Below are positions 28,000-37,187 of a stretch of DNA of 64,000 nt, in pieces; within the stretch, counting starts at the first letter, position 1, and each line of letters opens with the position of its first letter. This DNA is from Desulfovibrio sp. (GTDB lineage Bacteria; Bacillota; Dethiobacteria; DTU022): assembly GCA_020060545.1 (NCBI GenBank), contig JAGUZX010000026.1, positions 16,788 to 80,787 on the forward strand. Direction: 5' to 3'. The translations under genes were made by a program, and so were the position numbers. The notes beneath the pieces were generated by a model. It was not told the DNA's origin. It saw only the letters and a list, made by a program, of their open reading frames with translations, and did not search any database.

Positions 28000-29260
28000 A
28001 CATGGCTGGCTTAGCCGCTTGGCCCTGCCTGCCGGGCTGCAATCATTAATCGAGGAATCGCTGCGGCGTTCTGAAGAGCGTTGGATTGATATCGACGGCG
28101 TTGCGTTCGGCAACCAGCTGCGCGTGCTGGAGGCGCTGCAAGCGGAGAAGATCGGCGAGGAAGATTTCCAGGACAGCAGCGGTTACGGCTATCACGACCG
28201 GGGCAGGGATAAGTTGGAAAACGCTTTTGCCCGGGCCTTCGGCGGAGAAGCGGCGCTGGTCAGGACCCAGATCGTTTCGGGCACCCACGCCCTGGCGGTG
28301 GCCCTGTTCGGCCTGCTGCGGCCGGGAGAGCTGCTGCTCTGCCTGACCGGGGCACCCTACGATACGCTCCAGGCGGTGATCGGGAGCCGGGGGGAGGAGG
28401 AGGGGACCCTGAAAGAATGGGGGATCCGCTTCCACTACCATCCTGACGACGGGAAGGGATACCCCGACTTAAGCGCCCTGGAGCCCTCCCTTCTACCCAA
28501 AGTCGCTTATATCCAGCGCTCAGCGGGATATGAACTCAGGCGTTCCTCTTTGACGATCGATCGCATCCAGCAGATTACGGCGAAAATCCGCTCTCTTTAT
28601 CCCGGGGCATGGGTAGTAGTGGACAACTGCTACGGTGAGTTTGTGGAAACGGTGGAACCGCTTGCGGTGGGCGCCGATCTGGTAGTCGGTTCATTGATCA
28701 AGAACCCCGGCGGCGGCGTCGCTCCCGGCGGCGGCTATCTTGCCGGCCGGCGGGAGCTGGTGCACAAGATTTCGGCCCGCCTGACCGCGCCGGGCCTCTA
28801 CGGCAACCTGGGGGCGGTGACAGCTAAAAGGAGCCTGTTCCAGGGACTTTTTCTGGCCCCCACCCTGGTGGCGAACGCTTTGAAGAATGCCGTATTTGCA
28901 GCCGCGCTTTTCGAGCTGCTCGGGTGCGAAGTTTGGCCCCGCTATGACCAGGAACGGGGTGACATTGTACAGGCTGTCAGCCTGCGCAGCCCCGAAAAAG
29001 TGAAGCGGTTTTGCCAGGCGATCCAGAACAGCTCACCGGTGGAGTCTCACCTGACCCTGGAACCCGGCATGCTGCCCGGTTACGCTGACCCGGTAATCAT
29101 GGCTGCCGGTACCTTCTTCCAGGGGGCCTCGGGTGAGCTGAGCGCCGACGCGCCGATGCGTGAACCGTATGCCGTCTTCCTGCAGGGCGGACTGACCCTG
29201 CCTCACGCCCTCTACGCAACCTGCCGGGCCGCCCTGGCCTTATGGGAGGCCAGGCGGTGA
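27992..29260 (+). CDS. ynbB: YnbB / aluminium-resistance family PLP enzyme (methionine gamma-lyase-like)
   Basis: GYGYHDRGRD, VSGTHAL, DNCYGEFVE, GSLIKNPGGG, MAAGTF..GASGELSAD; follows hflX. Confidence 0.88.
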   Translation: MHKHGWLSRLALPAGLQSLIEESLRRSEERWIDIDGVAFGNQLRVLEALQAEKIGEEDFQDSSGYGYHDRGRDKLENAFARAFGGEAALVRTQIVSGTHALAVALFGLLRPGELLLCLTGAPYDTLQAVIGSRGEEEGTLKEWGIRFHYHPDDGKGYPDLSALEPSLLPKVAYIQRSAGYELRRSSLTIDRIQQITAKIRSLYPGAWVVVDNCYGEFVETVEPLAVGADLVVGSLIKNPGGGVAPGGGYLAGRRELVHKISARLTAPGLYGNLGAVTAKRSLFQGLFLAPTLVANALKNAVFAAALFELLGCEVWPRYDQERGDIVQAVSLRSPEKVKRFCQAIQNSSPVESHLTLEPGMLPGYADPVIMAAGTFFQGASGELSADAPMREPYAVFLQGGLTLPHALYATCRAALALWEARR

Positions 29261-29314
29261 TTAAAACAGCAGCAGCAACCGGTGCGCTTAAGCCCTGTTT
29301 GTCCGGAAGCGTCA

Positions 29315-29932
29315 CTAAAGTTTTCGAAAGATTGCGGAGACCTTGCCCAGGATTTCCGCCTCCCGGGTAAAGATGGGCTTGTACGCCGCATTCTCCGGCT
29401 GGAGCCGGAAGCCGTCCTGCTCCCGGTAAAAGCGCTTTACCGTGGCCTCTTCGCCCAGCAAAAGCGCGGCGATTTCCCCGTTTTCCACCACTTTTTGCTG
29501 CCGCACCACGACGTAATCGCCATCCAGGATCCCCGCCCCGGACATGCTGTTCCCTTCGACCCGCAAGACGAAGAAATCGCCTCCCGCGGCGAAATGGGGC
29601 GGAAGGGGGAAGTAGCCTTCCCGGTTTTCTTCCGCCAGGACCGGCCGCCCCGCGGTGATCCGGCCGACCAGGGGGACGAAAATGCATCTTTTCGCGGCGC
29701 CGCCGCGGCCATCAGTCAGGAGTTCAATCGCCCGCGGTTTGGTCAGCCCGCGCCTGATGTAACCTTTTTTCTCCAGCGCTTCCAGGTAGGCGTGGACGGT
29801 GGAGGTGGAGCGTATTTCCAGCGCCCGGCAAATCTCCCGGACCGAGGGAGGGTAGTTGCAGCGATCCACCTCTGTTTTGATAAACTCAAGGACCTGTTTC
29901 AGCCGGTTATTTAACGGCTCCATTGATGCCAC
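29315..29932 (-). CDS. lexA: SOS repressor LexA
   Basis: YPPSVREI..STSTVH, PRAI, cleavage site TAG, GNSM (Ser), TVKR (Lys); start GTG 29932 or ATG 29923. Confidence 0.96.
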   Translation of the reverse strand: MASMEPLNNRLKQVLEFIKTEVDRCNYPPSVREICRALEIRSTSTVHAYLEALEKKGYIRRGLTKPRAIELLTDGRGGAAKRCIFVPLVGRITAGRPVLAEENREGYFPLPPHFAAGGDFFVLRVEGNSMSGAGILDGDYVVVRQQKVVENGEIAALLLGEEATVKRFYREQDGFRLQPENAAYKPIFTREAEILGKVSAIFRKL

Positions 29933-29952
29933 CCCTTTCCGGCTTTTTTCTT

Positions 29953-29991
29953 ACTATACCATAACATGAAGGATCAGGCAAACAGCTGTTC
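29953..29991 (-). promoter_or_regulatory. lexA sigma-A promoter with overlapping SOS box
   Basis: TTGCCT-N17-TATAGT (TG-extended); GAAC-AGCT-GTTT at 29980-29991, one mismatch from the Bacillota GAAC-N4-GTTC box. Confidence 0.75.
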
Positions 29992-30063
29992 CCAACCGGC
30001 CGGCGAATTTTTAGCACCAAACAGCAGATAATAAATTTAATTATTTTTCTCGAGGTGATCGCG

Positions 30064-30243
30064 ATGCGGATTCCCTGGCATAAAAAGCCGCCGGGTGAAC
30101 CGGCGATTGAACACTGCCAGCCCCTGGAAGTTGAGCCGGGCGGCGCGCCTCGGAGTGGGGAGGAGGAGGGGGGAGGAGGAGCACCGCCCGCCCGCCTCCC
30201 ATCCCCACCTTTCCTGGAAGAAGCGCTGGATGATTATGCTTGA
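30064..30243 (+). CDS. Possible small acidic/Pro-rich hypothetical protein
   Basis: GAGGTGA RBS before ATG 30064; fills the gap between lexA and leuA; no recognisable domain. Confidence 0.35.
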   Translation: MRIPWHKKPPGEPAIEHCQPLEVEPGGAPRSGEEEGGGGAPPARLPSPPFLEEALDDYA

Positions 30244-31823
30244 CTGTCACCGTTTCCATGGCCGAGAGGGGCGGTATCGCCGCTGTTCCCGTTAAGCCTG
30301 AGCAGCTTGTTCAGCCCGTTCAAGTAGGCCTTGACGCTGGCTTCGATGATATCGGTGCTGGTGCCGCGCCCGGTAATCGATTTGGTTTCGTGGCTAATCT
30401 TCACTTTAACTTCACCCAGGGCGTCACGTCCGTGCGTAACGGCGCTTAGCTCGAAGTTTTCCAGGCTGATGTTCAGCCCGGTAATCTTATTAATCGCGTT
30501 GTATGCGGCATCGATAGGACCGGCGCCCACGGCGACCGCCTCGATAACGGCATCGTCTTTTTTGCGCAGGCGGATCACGGCGGCGGGGATGGTCTTGCTG
30601 CCGCTGACGGTTTGCAAGTAGTCGAGACGGTAAGTCGGTTCCGCCGCGGAAAGGTGGTCCAGCACAAGCGCTTCCAGATCCTCGGGGTAGACTTCTTTCT
30701 TTTTATCCGCCAGATCCAAAAACCGGGTGTAGAGAGTTTCAAGCTGTGTTTCGTCCAGGGTAAAACCGAGCTGCTGCAGGTGGTGCTTTACGGCATGGCG
30801 GCCGGAACGGGCTGTCAGGAGCATCTGGGCCGCTTTGCCCCCGATCAGGGCCGCGTCGATGATTTCGTAGGTTTCCTTGTGCTTGAGCACCCCGTCCTGG
30901 TGAATCCCGGAAGAATGGGCGAAAGCGTTGATCCCGATGACAGCCTTGTTCACCGGGATGGGGATGCCGGTCAGCTTGCTGACCAGGCGGCTGGTGCGGT
31001 AAATTTCCTCGAAATTAAGGCCGGTGAAATACGGGTAGCTGTCCCGGCGGATGCGCAGCGCCACGGCGATCTCCTCCAGGGCCGCGTTTCCGGCCCGCTC
31101 ACCGATCCCGTTAATATTGCACTCGACCTGCCGGGCGCCGTTTTCCACGGCGGCGAGCGAATTGGCCACGGCCAAACCCAAGTCGTCGTGACAGTGCACG
31201 CTTAAAATAACCCGTTCCATGCCCGGCACTTTTTCGCGCAGGCGGCGGATCAGGGCGCCGAACTCCGCCGGGACGGCGTAACCGACGGTATCGGGGATAT
31301 TGATCACCGACGCGCCGGCCTTGATTACCGCCGCCAGCAGCTCGTAGAGGTATTCCTCGCGGGCGCGGGTGGCATCCTCGGGGGAATACTCCACGTCGGG
31401 GGTGTAGCGGCGGGCGTACTTGACCGCCTCGACGGCTTGGTAGAGCAGCTCGTGGGGCTCTTTCCGGTGTTTAAACCGCATGTGGATATCCGAGGCGCCA
31501 AGAAAGACGTGCAGGCGCGGCCTTTCTGCTTCACGGATCGCCTCCCAGGCCGCGTCGATATCGCCCGGCACCGCCCGCGCCAGGCCGCAGATGACCGGCT
31601 CCCGGACCCGGCGGGCGATCTCCCGCACCGCCTGCAGCTCGCCGGGCGAGGAGACCGGAAATCCGGCTTCGATGATATCCACGCCCAAGCGGGCCAGCTG
31701 GCGGGCCACCTCAAGCTTTTCATCCCGGTTCAAGCGGGCCCCCGGCGTCTGTTCCCCGTCCCGGAGGGTGCTGTCAAAAATGAAGATCTTTTCCGGTGCG
31801 GCGGTTTGTTCCTTTTCGGCCAT
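30234..31823 (-). CDS. leuA: 2-isopropylmalate synthase
   Basis: DSTLRDGEQ, HCHDDLG, GERAGNA, HSSGIHQDG, regulatory domain GPIDA...DALG...STDIIEAS; Leu T-box upstream; AGGAGG RBS before ATG 31823. Confidence 0.95.
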   Translation of the reverse strand: MAEKEQTAAPEKIFIFDSTLRDGEQTPGARLNRDEKLEVARQLARLGVDIIEAGFPVSSPGELQAVREIARRVREPVICGLARAVPGDIDAAWEAIREAERPRLHVFLGASDIHMRFKHRKEPHELLYQAVEAVKYARRYTPDVEYSPEDATRAREEYLYELLAAVIKAGASVINIPDTVGYAVPAEFGALIRRLREKVPGMERVILSVHCHDDLGLAVANSLAAVENGARQVECNINGIGERAGNAALEEIAVALRIRRDSYPYFTGLNFEEIYRTSRLVSKLTGIPIPVNKAVIGINAFAHSSGIHQDGVLKHKETYEIIDAALIGGKAAQMLLTARSGRHAVKHHLQQLGFTLDETQLETLYTRFLDLADKKKEVYPEDLEALVLDHLSAAEPTYRLDYLQTVSGSKTIPAAVIRLRKKDDAVIEAVAVGAGPIDAAYNAINKITGLNISLENFELSAVTHGRDALGEVKVKISHETKSITGRGTSTDIIEASVKAYLNGLNKLLRLNGNSGDTAPLGHGNGDSQA

Positions 31824-31871
31824 CAATTCTGCCTCCTTTTGTCGAATAACTTGGAGTGGGGGAGAGGGACC

Positions 31872-32120
31872 AAACAAAAAACCTTTCGCAAAGAGGCGAA
31901 AGGTTGATTCTTTCCGCGGTACCACTCTTCCTGGCGGCATGACTGCTACCGCCCACTCTTAAAAGATAACGGAAGATACCCGGCCGGTCCTACTTTCACC
32001 AACGGCGGTGATTTCAGCCGGCGGCTCCCGGATGAGTTCGCCAGGTTCGCCTTGCCGCCTTGCAGCAACCGGCGGCTCTCTGAGAAGGCTGCCCCTCGCT
32101 ACTGGTTCCGGTCATCGCTT
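31872..32120 (-). ncRNA. T-box riboswitch (leucine, CUC specifier)
   Basis: Stem I GA/AGUA motifs, AGAGA and GCUG loops, GAA-CUC specifier (32036-32034), T-box AAGAGUGGUACCGCGG (31929-31914), terminator AACCUUUCGC...GCGAAAGGUUUUUU. Confidence 0.93.
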
Positions 32121-32142
32121 CATTATTTGGCTGTTAGCTAAT

Positions 32143-32172
32143 AATATAATCCACGGCAAGCGCTCCTGTCAA
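32143..32172 (-). promoter_or_regulatory. Sigma-A promoter of the T-box-leuA unit
   Basis: TTGACA-N18-TATATT. Confidence 0.6.
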
Positions 32173-32266
32173 CCACCAATTTGGCGCAAATTTTTTAGAC
32201 GCCCGGCCATAGCGGGCGGTTTTATTAAAAAAAACCGCCGCCGCCCGAATATTATGTCTACTTATA

Positions 32267-32294
32267 ACTTCCGATAATCTATCTTATGTAAACT
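32267..32294 (+). other. dif: dif chromosome dimer resolution site (XerC/XerD; CodV/RipX)
   Basis: ACTTCCGATAA-TCTATC-TTATGTAAACT, close to B. subtilis dif ACTTCCTAGAA-TATATA-TTATGTAAACT; intergenic; near the gene-orientation switch. Confidence 0.9.
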
Positions 32295-32331
32295 AATAGA
32301 ATTTTTTGTTATTTTTTATGCCCCTGCCGGA

Positions 32332-32505
32332 TTAATCCTCGCCGGGCAGCCGCCAGGCCCGCAGCGGCTGGCGCGCTTCTTTCAACCGCCGCAAAACCGT
32401 ATCGTGCGAAACGGCGACGACCGCGGCGATGGCCCTTGTTGAATACCCGTTTTGATACAGCTTGATCACCTTCCCCAGATCAACCCCGATTTTTTTGCGT
32501 CCCAT
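32332..32505 (-). CDS. Small helix-turn-helix protein (resolvase/homeodomain-like HTH)
   Basis: LYQNGYSTRAIAAVVAVSHDTVLRRL; AGGAGG RBS. Confidence 0.7.
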   Translation of the reverse strand: MGRKKIGVDLGKVIKLYQNGYSTRAIAAVVAVSHDTVLRRLKEARQPLRAWRLPGED

Positions 32506-32659
32506 CTGCGCCCTGCCTCCTTTCAAGTCTCCCGCCGCTTTTAACGCGTCAATGACGTAAAACCGGCGCGCCGGTGCACCCTTGGCCGCTTCCCATCAGC
32601 AGCATTAAGGCGTCGTTGACGCTTGGCGCGGCGCGAGGCTGTGGTTTCACAACAGATGC

Positions 32660-32911
32660 TTACCTTTTCCGGCTGACGAAAGTGTTCTTGGCCCCTGAAA
32701 AGAGCCCGATCGCCGACAATCCCAGGACCGTGCCGAAGAGAATCGCTTTTTTGGGCTCTCCCGGCGCCAGGTAATAAAAGGAAAAAAACAGGCCCATCAA
32801 TACGGTTGCGAGCGGGATAAACCGCGGCGGCAGCCCAAAGCGCTTCAGCAGCTCCGCCAAACCCACCATCACCGGCACCAGGGCGATCCCGTATACCGTC
32901 AGTTGGTCCAT
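32660..32911 (-). CDS. Holin-like small membrane protein
   Basis: 83 aa, about 3 hydrophobic segments, GLSAIGLFSGAKN, basic C-terminus; GGAGGAG RBS. Confidence 0.7.
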   Translation of the reverse strand: MDQLTVYGIALVPVMVGLAELLKRFGLPPRFIPLATVLMGLFFSFYYLAPGEPKKAILFGTVLGLSAIGLFSGAKNTFVSRKR

Positions 32912-33098
32912 TACGAGTCTCCTCCGCATGGTAGAGATTGTTTTATATCTAAGAGTATGTCACGAAGCAGACTGTTAGAACAAACTGTTTGCCACGTTTA
33001 CGCCAAAATACATTAAAATAACCGGAAGGCGGGATAAAACACCCGCCTCCTTTTCGCTTCAATTCGCCAATGGATTGGCGCGGATCCGTAACCCCCGG

Positions 33099-33401
33099 TC
33101 AACCGCCCGCGGCCGGGGGGAAGAGCGTTACAGTCGCGCCGTCTGCCAGAGCTGTATCCAGGCCCTGGAGGGAACCGATCGGCCTCCCGTTTAATAGCAC
33201 TGTCAGGTTAAACCATTTATCATCTTCAAGCTGGATCCGGATGCTGTTCCCGGCGGCAACCGCACCGGGAAAACCGTGGCTTTGGCGCAGGAGCAGGAAA
33301 AATTCAAAAAGGTTCGTCCCGTCCGGCAAATCCAGCAGGAGCTCCTTCCAGCCCAAAACTTTTTGCAGGTAGAGGTACGCTTTAACCGTTACTTTCAACA
33401 A
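33099..33401 (-). CDS. MoaD/ThiS family sulfur carrier
   Basis: Ubiquitin-like; VLLNGR, GLDTAL.DG, C-terminal FPPAAGG. Confidence 0.9.
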   Translation of the reverse strand: MLKVTVKAYLYLQKVLGWKELLLDLPDGTNLFEFFLLLRQSHGFPGAVAAGNSIRIQLEDDKWFNLTVLLNGRPIGSLQGLDTALADGATVTLFPPAAGG

Positions 33402-33471
33402 GATTGCCTCCGTTCTGCTCTTGCCGCCAGCCCGGGAAAACGCGTTTAAACCCGTTTCACCGCCGGTAAGC

Positions 33472-35157
33472 TTACTTGAGCAAACCTTGCTGCCGCATCT
33501 TTTGGATCTCTTCTTCCCTCAGCTCTCGTTTAAAAATCTTTTCCGTGACTGTGAATGGCAGGTTATCCCGGAACTCGACAAACCGCGGGACGGCGTAGGA
33601 GGCGCACTTATCCCGGCAGAACTCGATGATTTCGCCGGCGGAAACCTTGCCCCGGTACTCTTCCTTCAGCACGACATAAGCCTTGATCCTCTCGCTTCCC
33701 TCCCGTTCGGGATCGGGGATGCCGATAGCCACGGCCATCGATACGGCTGGGTGCTTGTGCAGGATATCGTCGATGGTGCTGGTATAGACCTTGTAGCCGG
33801 AAACGTTGGCCATATCTTTAATCCGGTCGACGATGTAGAAGTAGCCGTCTTCGTCCATGCGGCAGATATCACCGGTCGGCAGCCAACCGTCAACCAGCCC
33901 GCTGCCCGGTTCGGGCCAGTAGCCTTTCATTACCTGCGGGCCCTTGATGTACATATGGCCCGGTTCCCCGGGAGGGCATTCCGCGCCGGTTTCATCGTCC
34001 ACCAGTTTGACGTCGGTATCGGGTATGGGCAGGCCGATACTGTATTTCTGCTTGGCGGCGATGCCGGTGATCTTGGCGAAACCGGTCAGGTCGATGTGGG
34101 TGGCCGGGCCTGTTTCCGTGAGGCCGTAGCCTTCCGATACCGGCATCTTGATCTTTTCGGAGATGCTCTCCCGTACGTCCACGGGCAGGTATGAGGCCCC
34201 GGACATAATCATGACGGGCATCCGCGGGATCTCCCTGTCGCGCAGCTTCATCAGCTGGGTTGGCACCATGGCTACAAGGAAGGGGCGGTTTTCGACCAGC
34301 AGCTGCAGGATGTAGTCGATATCCCGGGGATCCGCAACCAGGATCAAGCGCAACCCCCAGTATACGCCAAAAAGGGCGCAAGAGTCCCCGTAGGAATGGA
34401 ACAGCGGCACACTGATACAGACGGAGGCCTTGCCCCGGATTGACTTCTCCAGGTTGGCCAGCGCCCAGGGTACCAGCTGCATGATATTGGTATGGCGGTT
34501 GTAATGAGTGAGCATAACCCCCTTCGGGACGCCGGTTGCGCCGCCGGTGAAAGCGAGATAGGCCAGGTCTTCCCGGGGATTAATTTCGACTTGCGGAGGG
34601 ACGGGTGCGTGCCCGGCGATCAACGCCCTGAAGCGGTGCGCCCCCCCCTCCACCGTTGCCTCAGTTTCTGCCTGGTTAGGGGTATAGTCGAGCAGGGAAG
34701 TGTAAATGACATGCTTCAGCCTTGTCTTCGGCCGGATCGAATCGATTTTTTCCTGGAAATGATCGATACAGATCACCGTTTCGGCTCCCGCCTCGCCGAT
34801 CTCGTACTCCAGTTCCCGCTCCTTGTGCAGGATGCTGCAGGGGACATGGACGGCGCCCGCTTTGAGGATGCCGAAGTTGGCGATGATGTACTGCGGGCAG
34901 GTGGGCAGGATCGACGCCACCCTGTCCCCCTTCTTCACACCCAGCCCGGCCAGGGCGCAGGCCAAACTGTCCGCGGCCAGCTTCAGGTCCCGGTAGTTGA
35001 TCCGGGCGCCGCAATAATCGATCGCCGTAGCGTACGGGTGCTGCGCGGCCGATTGGTCAAGGATATCAAAAAGCGGCACCTCGGGATAGGGTTCCAGGGT
35101 CTGGGCCAGTTTGTACGGGCCGAGCTTGTAGCTTTTCAACCAGGGTTTTTCCGCCAT
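33472..35157 (-). CDS. Long-chain fatty acid-CoA ligase (FadD-like AMP-binding enzyme)
   Basis: FTGGATGVPKG, EGYGLTE, GPQVMKGYW, TGDI, DRIKD. Confidence 0.92.
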   Translation of the reverse strand: MAEKPWLKSYKLGPYKLAQTLEPYPEVPLFDILDQSAAQHPYATAIDYCGARINYRDLKLAADSLACALAGLGVKKGDRVASILPTCPQYIIANFGILKAGAVHVPCSILHKERELEYEIGEAGAETVICIDHFQEKIDSIRPKTRLKHVIYTSLLDYTPNQAETEATVEGGAHRFRALIAGHAPVPPQVEINPREDLAYLAFTGGATGVPKGVMLTHYNRHTNIMQLVPWALANLEKSIRGKASVCISVPLFHSYGDSCALFGVYWGLRLILVADPRDIDYILQLLVENRPFLVAMVPTQLMKLRDREIPRMPVMIMSGASYLPVDVRESISEKIKMPVSEGYGLTETGPATHIDLTGFAKITGIAAKQKYSIGLPIPDTDVKLVDDETGAECPPGEPGHMYIKGPQVMKGYWPEPGSGLVDGWLPTGDICRMDEDGYFYIVDRIKDMANVSGYKVYTSTIDDILHKHPAVSMAVAIGIPDPEREGSERIKAYVVLKEEYRGKVSAGEIIEFCRDKCASYAVPRFVEFRDNLPFTVTEKIFKRELREEEIQKMRQQGLLK

Positions 35158-35178
35158 GGCGTTTGCAACCTCCTCATT

Positions 35179-37050
35179 TTAACCCCAGATTACCGGGATA
35201 ACCTCTTCCAGACCCAGCTCTTTCAACTTTTCCGGGGTCGGCTTGCCCGTCTTCTTTTCCCAGCCGCGCAGCTTGTAGTAAGCTTCGAGAAGGACGGGCA
35301 GATCGTTGACGTGTCCCGCCGCGGGACCGTCGGGCAGCGGTTCCTCCAGGAGCCGCTTCGGCAGGGTGTCATCGGCGGCGGAAAGCCCTTCCCTGACGCT
35401 GTAAGCGCGGGCCAGGTTGTAGACCCGCTCCCCGGCGCGCATATATTCCGCGACACTTAAATCCCAGCCGGTTACACGGTTTACCAGCTCGACCCAATCG
35501 GGGGCGTTGACGCACAGCCCCATAAATTTGCAGGCCCCGACGCAGTCGAAAGTGGTCAGCGCGTCTTCGAGATCCCGGGCCACCTTCACTTCGTCCGGGT
35601 TAATGACGAGGGGATCCGCGATCTCGCTGTCCTCCACAATCAAGAACGGGGCATCGATAAAGGTGGGGCCCTGCACGTAGGCGGTAACATGATCCCCGCC
35701 CCGGTTGGCGGTAGCGTAAGTCAGGCCGGTCAGCTTCACGGCGCGGCTGTCGTATGCGGGCAGCTCCAACCCCTTGACGTGCATGGCGAACCGCTCACTG
35801 CCTTGGCCCAGCTTCTCCGCCATGCGTCTCGTCCCTTCCGCAAGCAGGTCGCCCACTCCTTCTCTTTTGGCGATCAGGTGCGCCAACTCGACAATTAAGT
35901 CCGCGTCGCCGAAATGCAGCGCCCTCCCTCCGGTATCGCCCGCGGTAAGGATCCCTTTTTCAAAACATTCCATGGCGAAAGCGATGGTGCTCCCGGCGGA
36001 AATCGTATCCAGGCCGTATTCGTTGCAGAGGTACCCGGCCATGGTAATCGCTTCCAGGTCGCTGACCCCGCACATCCCGCCAAAAGTGCCCACTGTTTCG
36101 TATTCCGGTCCTTCCCCCTTGTGACCGGCGTACTTGCCCTGCTTGATCTCCGTCCCTCTGCCGCAGGCGATCGGGCAGGCGAAACAGGTGACCTCCTTGT
36201 TTAAAACTTTATCCGAGATGGCGGGGCCGTTGATCTCCTCGGAAAGTTCAAAAACCCCGCTCTGCCAGTTGCGCGTGGGAAAACCGCCGCGGATATTGAC
36301 CAGGTCCAGCACCACGCTGGTCCCGTAAGCCTGCATCGCCATCTTCAGCATCGCCTCGTCCAGCAGTTCGTACTGTTTCTTGGAGATCTGCCGGAACCCT
36401 TCCGGGTCGGCCACGGCGGTTTTCAGCCCGCCGTGGACGGCGATCGCTTTCAAGTTCTTGGCGCCCATCACCGCTCCCAAGCCGCATCGCCCGGCGGCGC
36501 GATGCAGATCATTCATAATCGCGGCATATTTGACCTTGTTTTCACCGCCGGCGCCGATGCAGGCGACGTTAAACCTGTCGCCGAGCTCTTTCCTGATCTG
36601 GGCGGTTGTTTCGGAGACGCTTTTCCCCCAAAGGTGAGCGGCGTCTTTCAACTCAGCTTGTTCGCCATCGATTACCAGGTAAACGGGTTTTGGAGCGCTC
36701 CCTTCAAAGATGATCCCGTCGTAACCGGTTTGCTTGAAGTCTACACCCCAGCGGCCGCCCGCATTGGCCTGCCCCCAGATCCCGGTGAGCGGGGACTTGG
36801 CCACCACACTGTAGCGTCCGGCGCTTGGCGCGGCGGCCCCGGTGATGCTTCCCGTCATGAAGATCAGGCGGTTTTCCGGTCCCAGGGGATCCGCCCCCTG
36901 CGGCACCTCGTCCCAGAGGTACTTTGTGGCTAGTCCAGCCCCGCCCAGGAAAGCTTTAACCATGTCCTCAGGAATAGATTCTTCAGCAATTTTGGCTGCG
37001 GTGAGGTTTACCCTTAAAAGTTTACCGTGGCACCCAAACAATTTTATCAC
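35179..37050 (-). CDS. aor: Tungsten aldehyde:ferredoxin oxidoreductase
   Basis: KSPLTG, AAGRCGLGAVMGAKNLKA, CFACPIAC, GPEYET, GLDTIS, KGLELPAYD, DDTLPKRL, YYKLRGW. Confidence 0.93.
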   Translation of the reverse strand: MIKLFGCHGKLLRVNLTAAKIAEESIPEDMVKAFLGGAGLATKYLWDEVPQGADPLGPENRLIFMTGSITGAAAPSAGRYSVVAKSPLTGIWGQANAGGRWGVDFKQTGYDGIIFEGSAPKPVYLVIDGEQAELKDAAHLWGKSVSETTAQIRKELGDRFNVACIGAGGENKVKYAAIMNDLHRAAGRCGLGAVMGAKNLKAIAVHGGLKTAVADPEGFRQISKKQYELLDEAMLKMAMQAYGTSVVLDLVNIRGGFPTRNWQSGVFELSEEINGPAISDKVLNKEVTCFACPIACGRGTEIKQGKYAGHKGEGPEYETVGTFGGMCGVSDLEAITMAGYLCNEYGLDTISAGSTIAFAMECFEKGILTAGDTGGRALHFGDADLIVELAHLIAKREGVGDLLAEGTRRMAEKLGQGSERFAMHVKGLELPAYDSRAVKLTGLTYATANRGGDHVTAYVQGPTFIDAPFLIVEDSEIADPLVINPDEVKVARDLEDALTTFDCVGACKFMGLCVNAPDWVELVNRVTGWDLSVAEYMRAGERVYNLARAYSVREGLSAADDTLPKRLLEEPLPDGPAAGHVNDLPVLLEAYYKLRGWEKKTGKPTPEKLKELGLEEVIPVIWG

Positions 37051-37157
37051 CCCACAGGTATTGATTCCTTTTTCGCAAAACGGATGAACGGCCCCTGGCC
37101 TCTCTTTAATACGGAACTGGATGCCGGATCAGTCCCTCCCCTCCCTATGCTGTCTAA

Positions 37158-37187
37158 AAATTCAATGCCTTGCCCAAATTCTCCTGC
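37158..37187 (-). promoter_or_regulatory. Sigma-H-like promoter of the AOR operon
   Basis: GCAGGAGAA-N12-ATTGAATTT. Confidence 0.45.

Noticed and set aside
32977..32991. Possible SOS box GAACAAACTGTTT upstream of the holin-like gene
   Set aside because: Spacer is 5 nt, not 4, and the right half is mismatched
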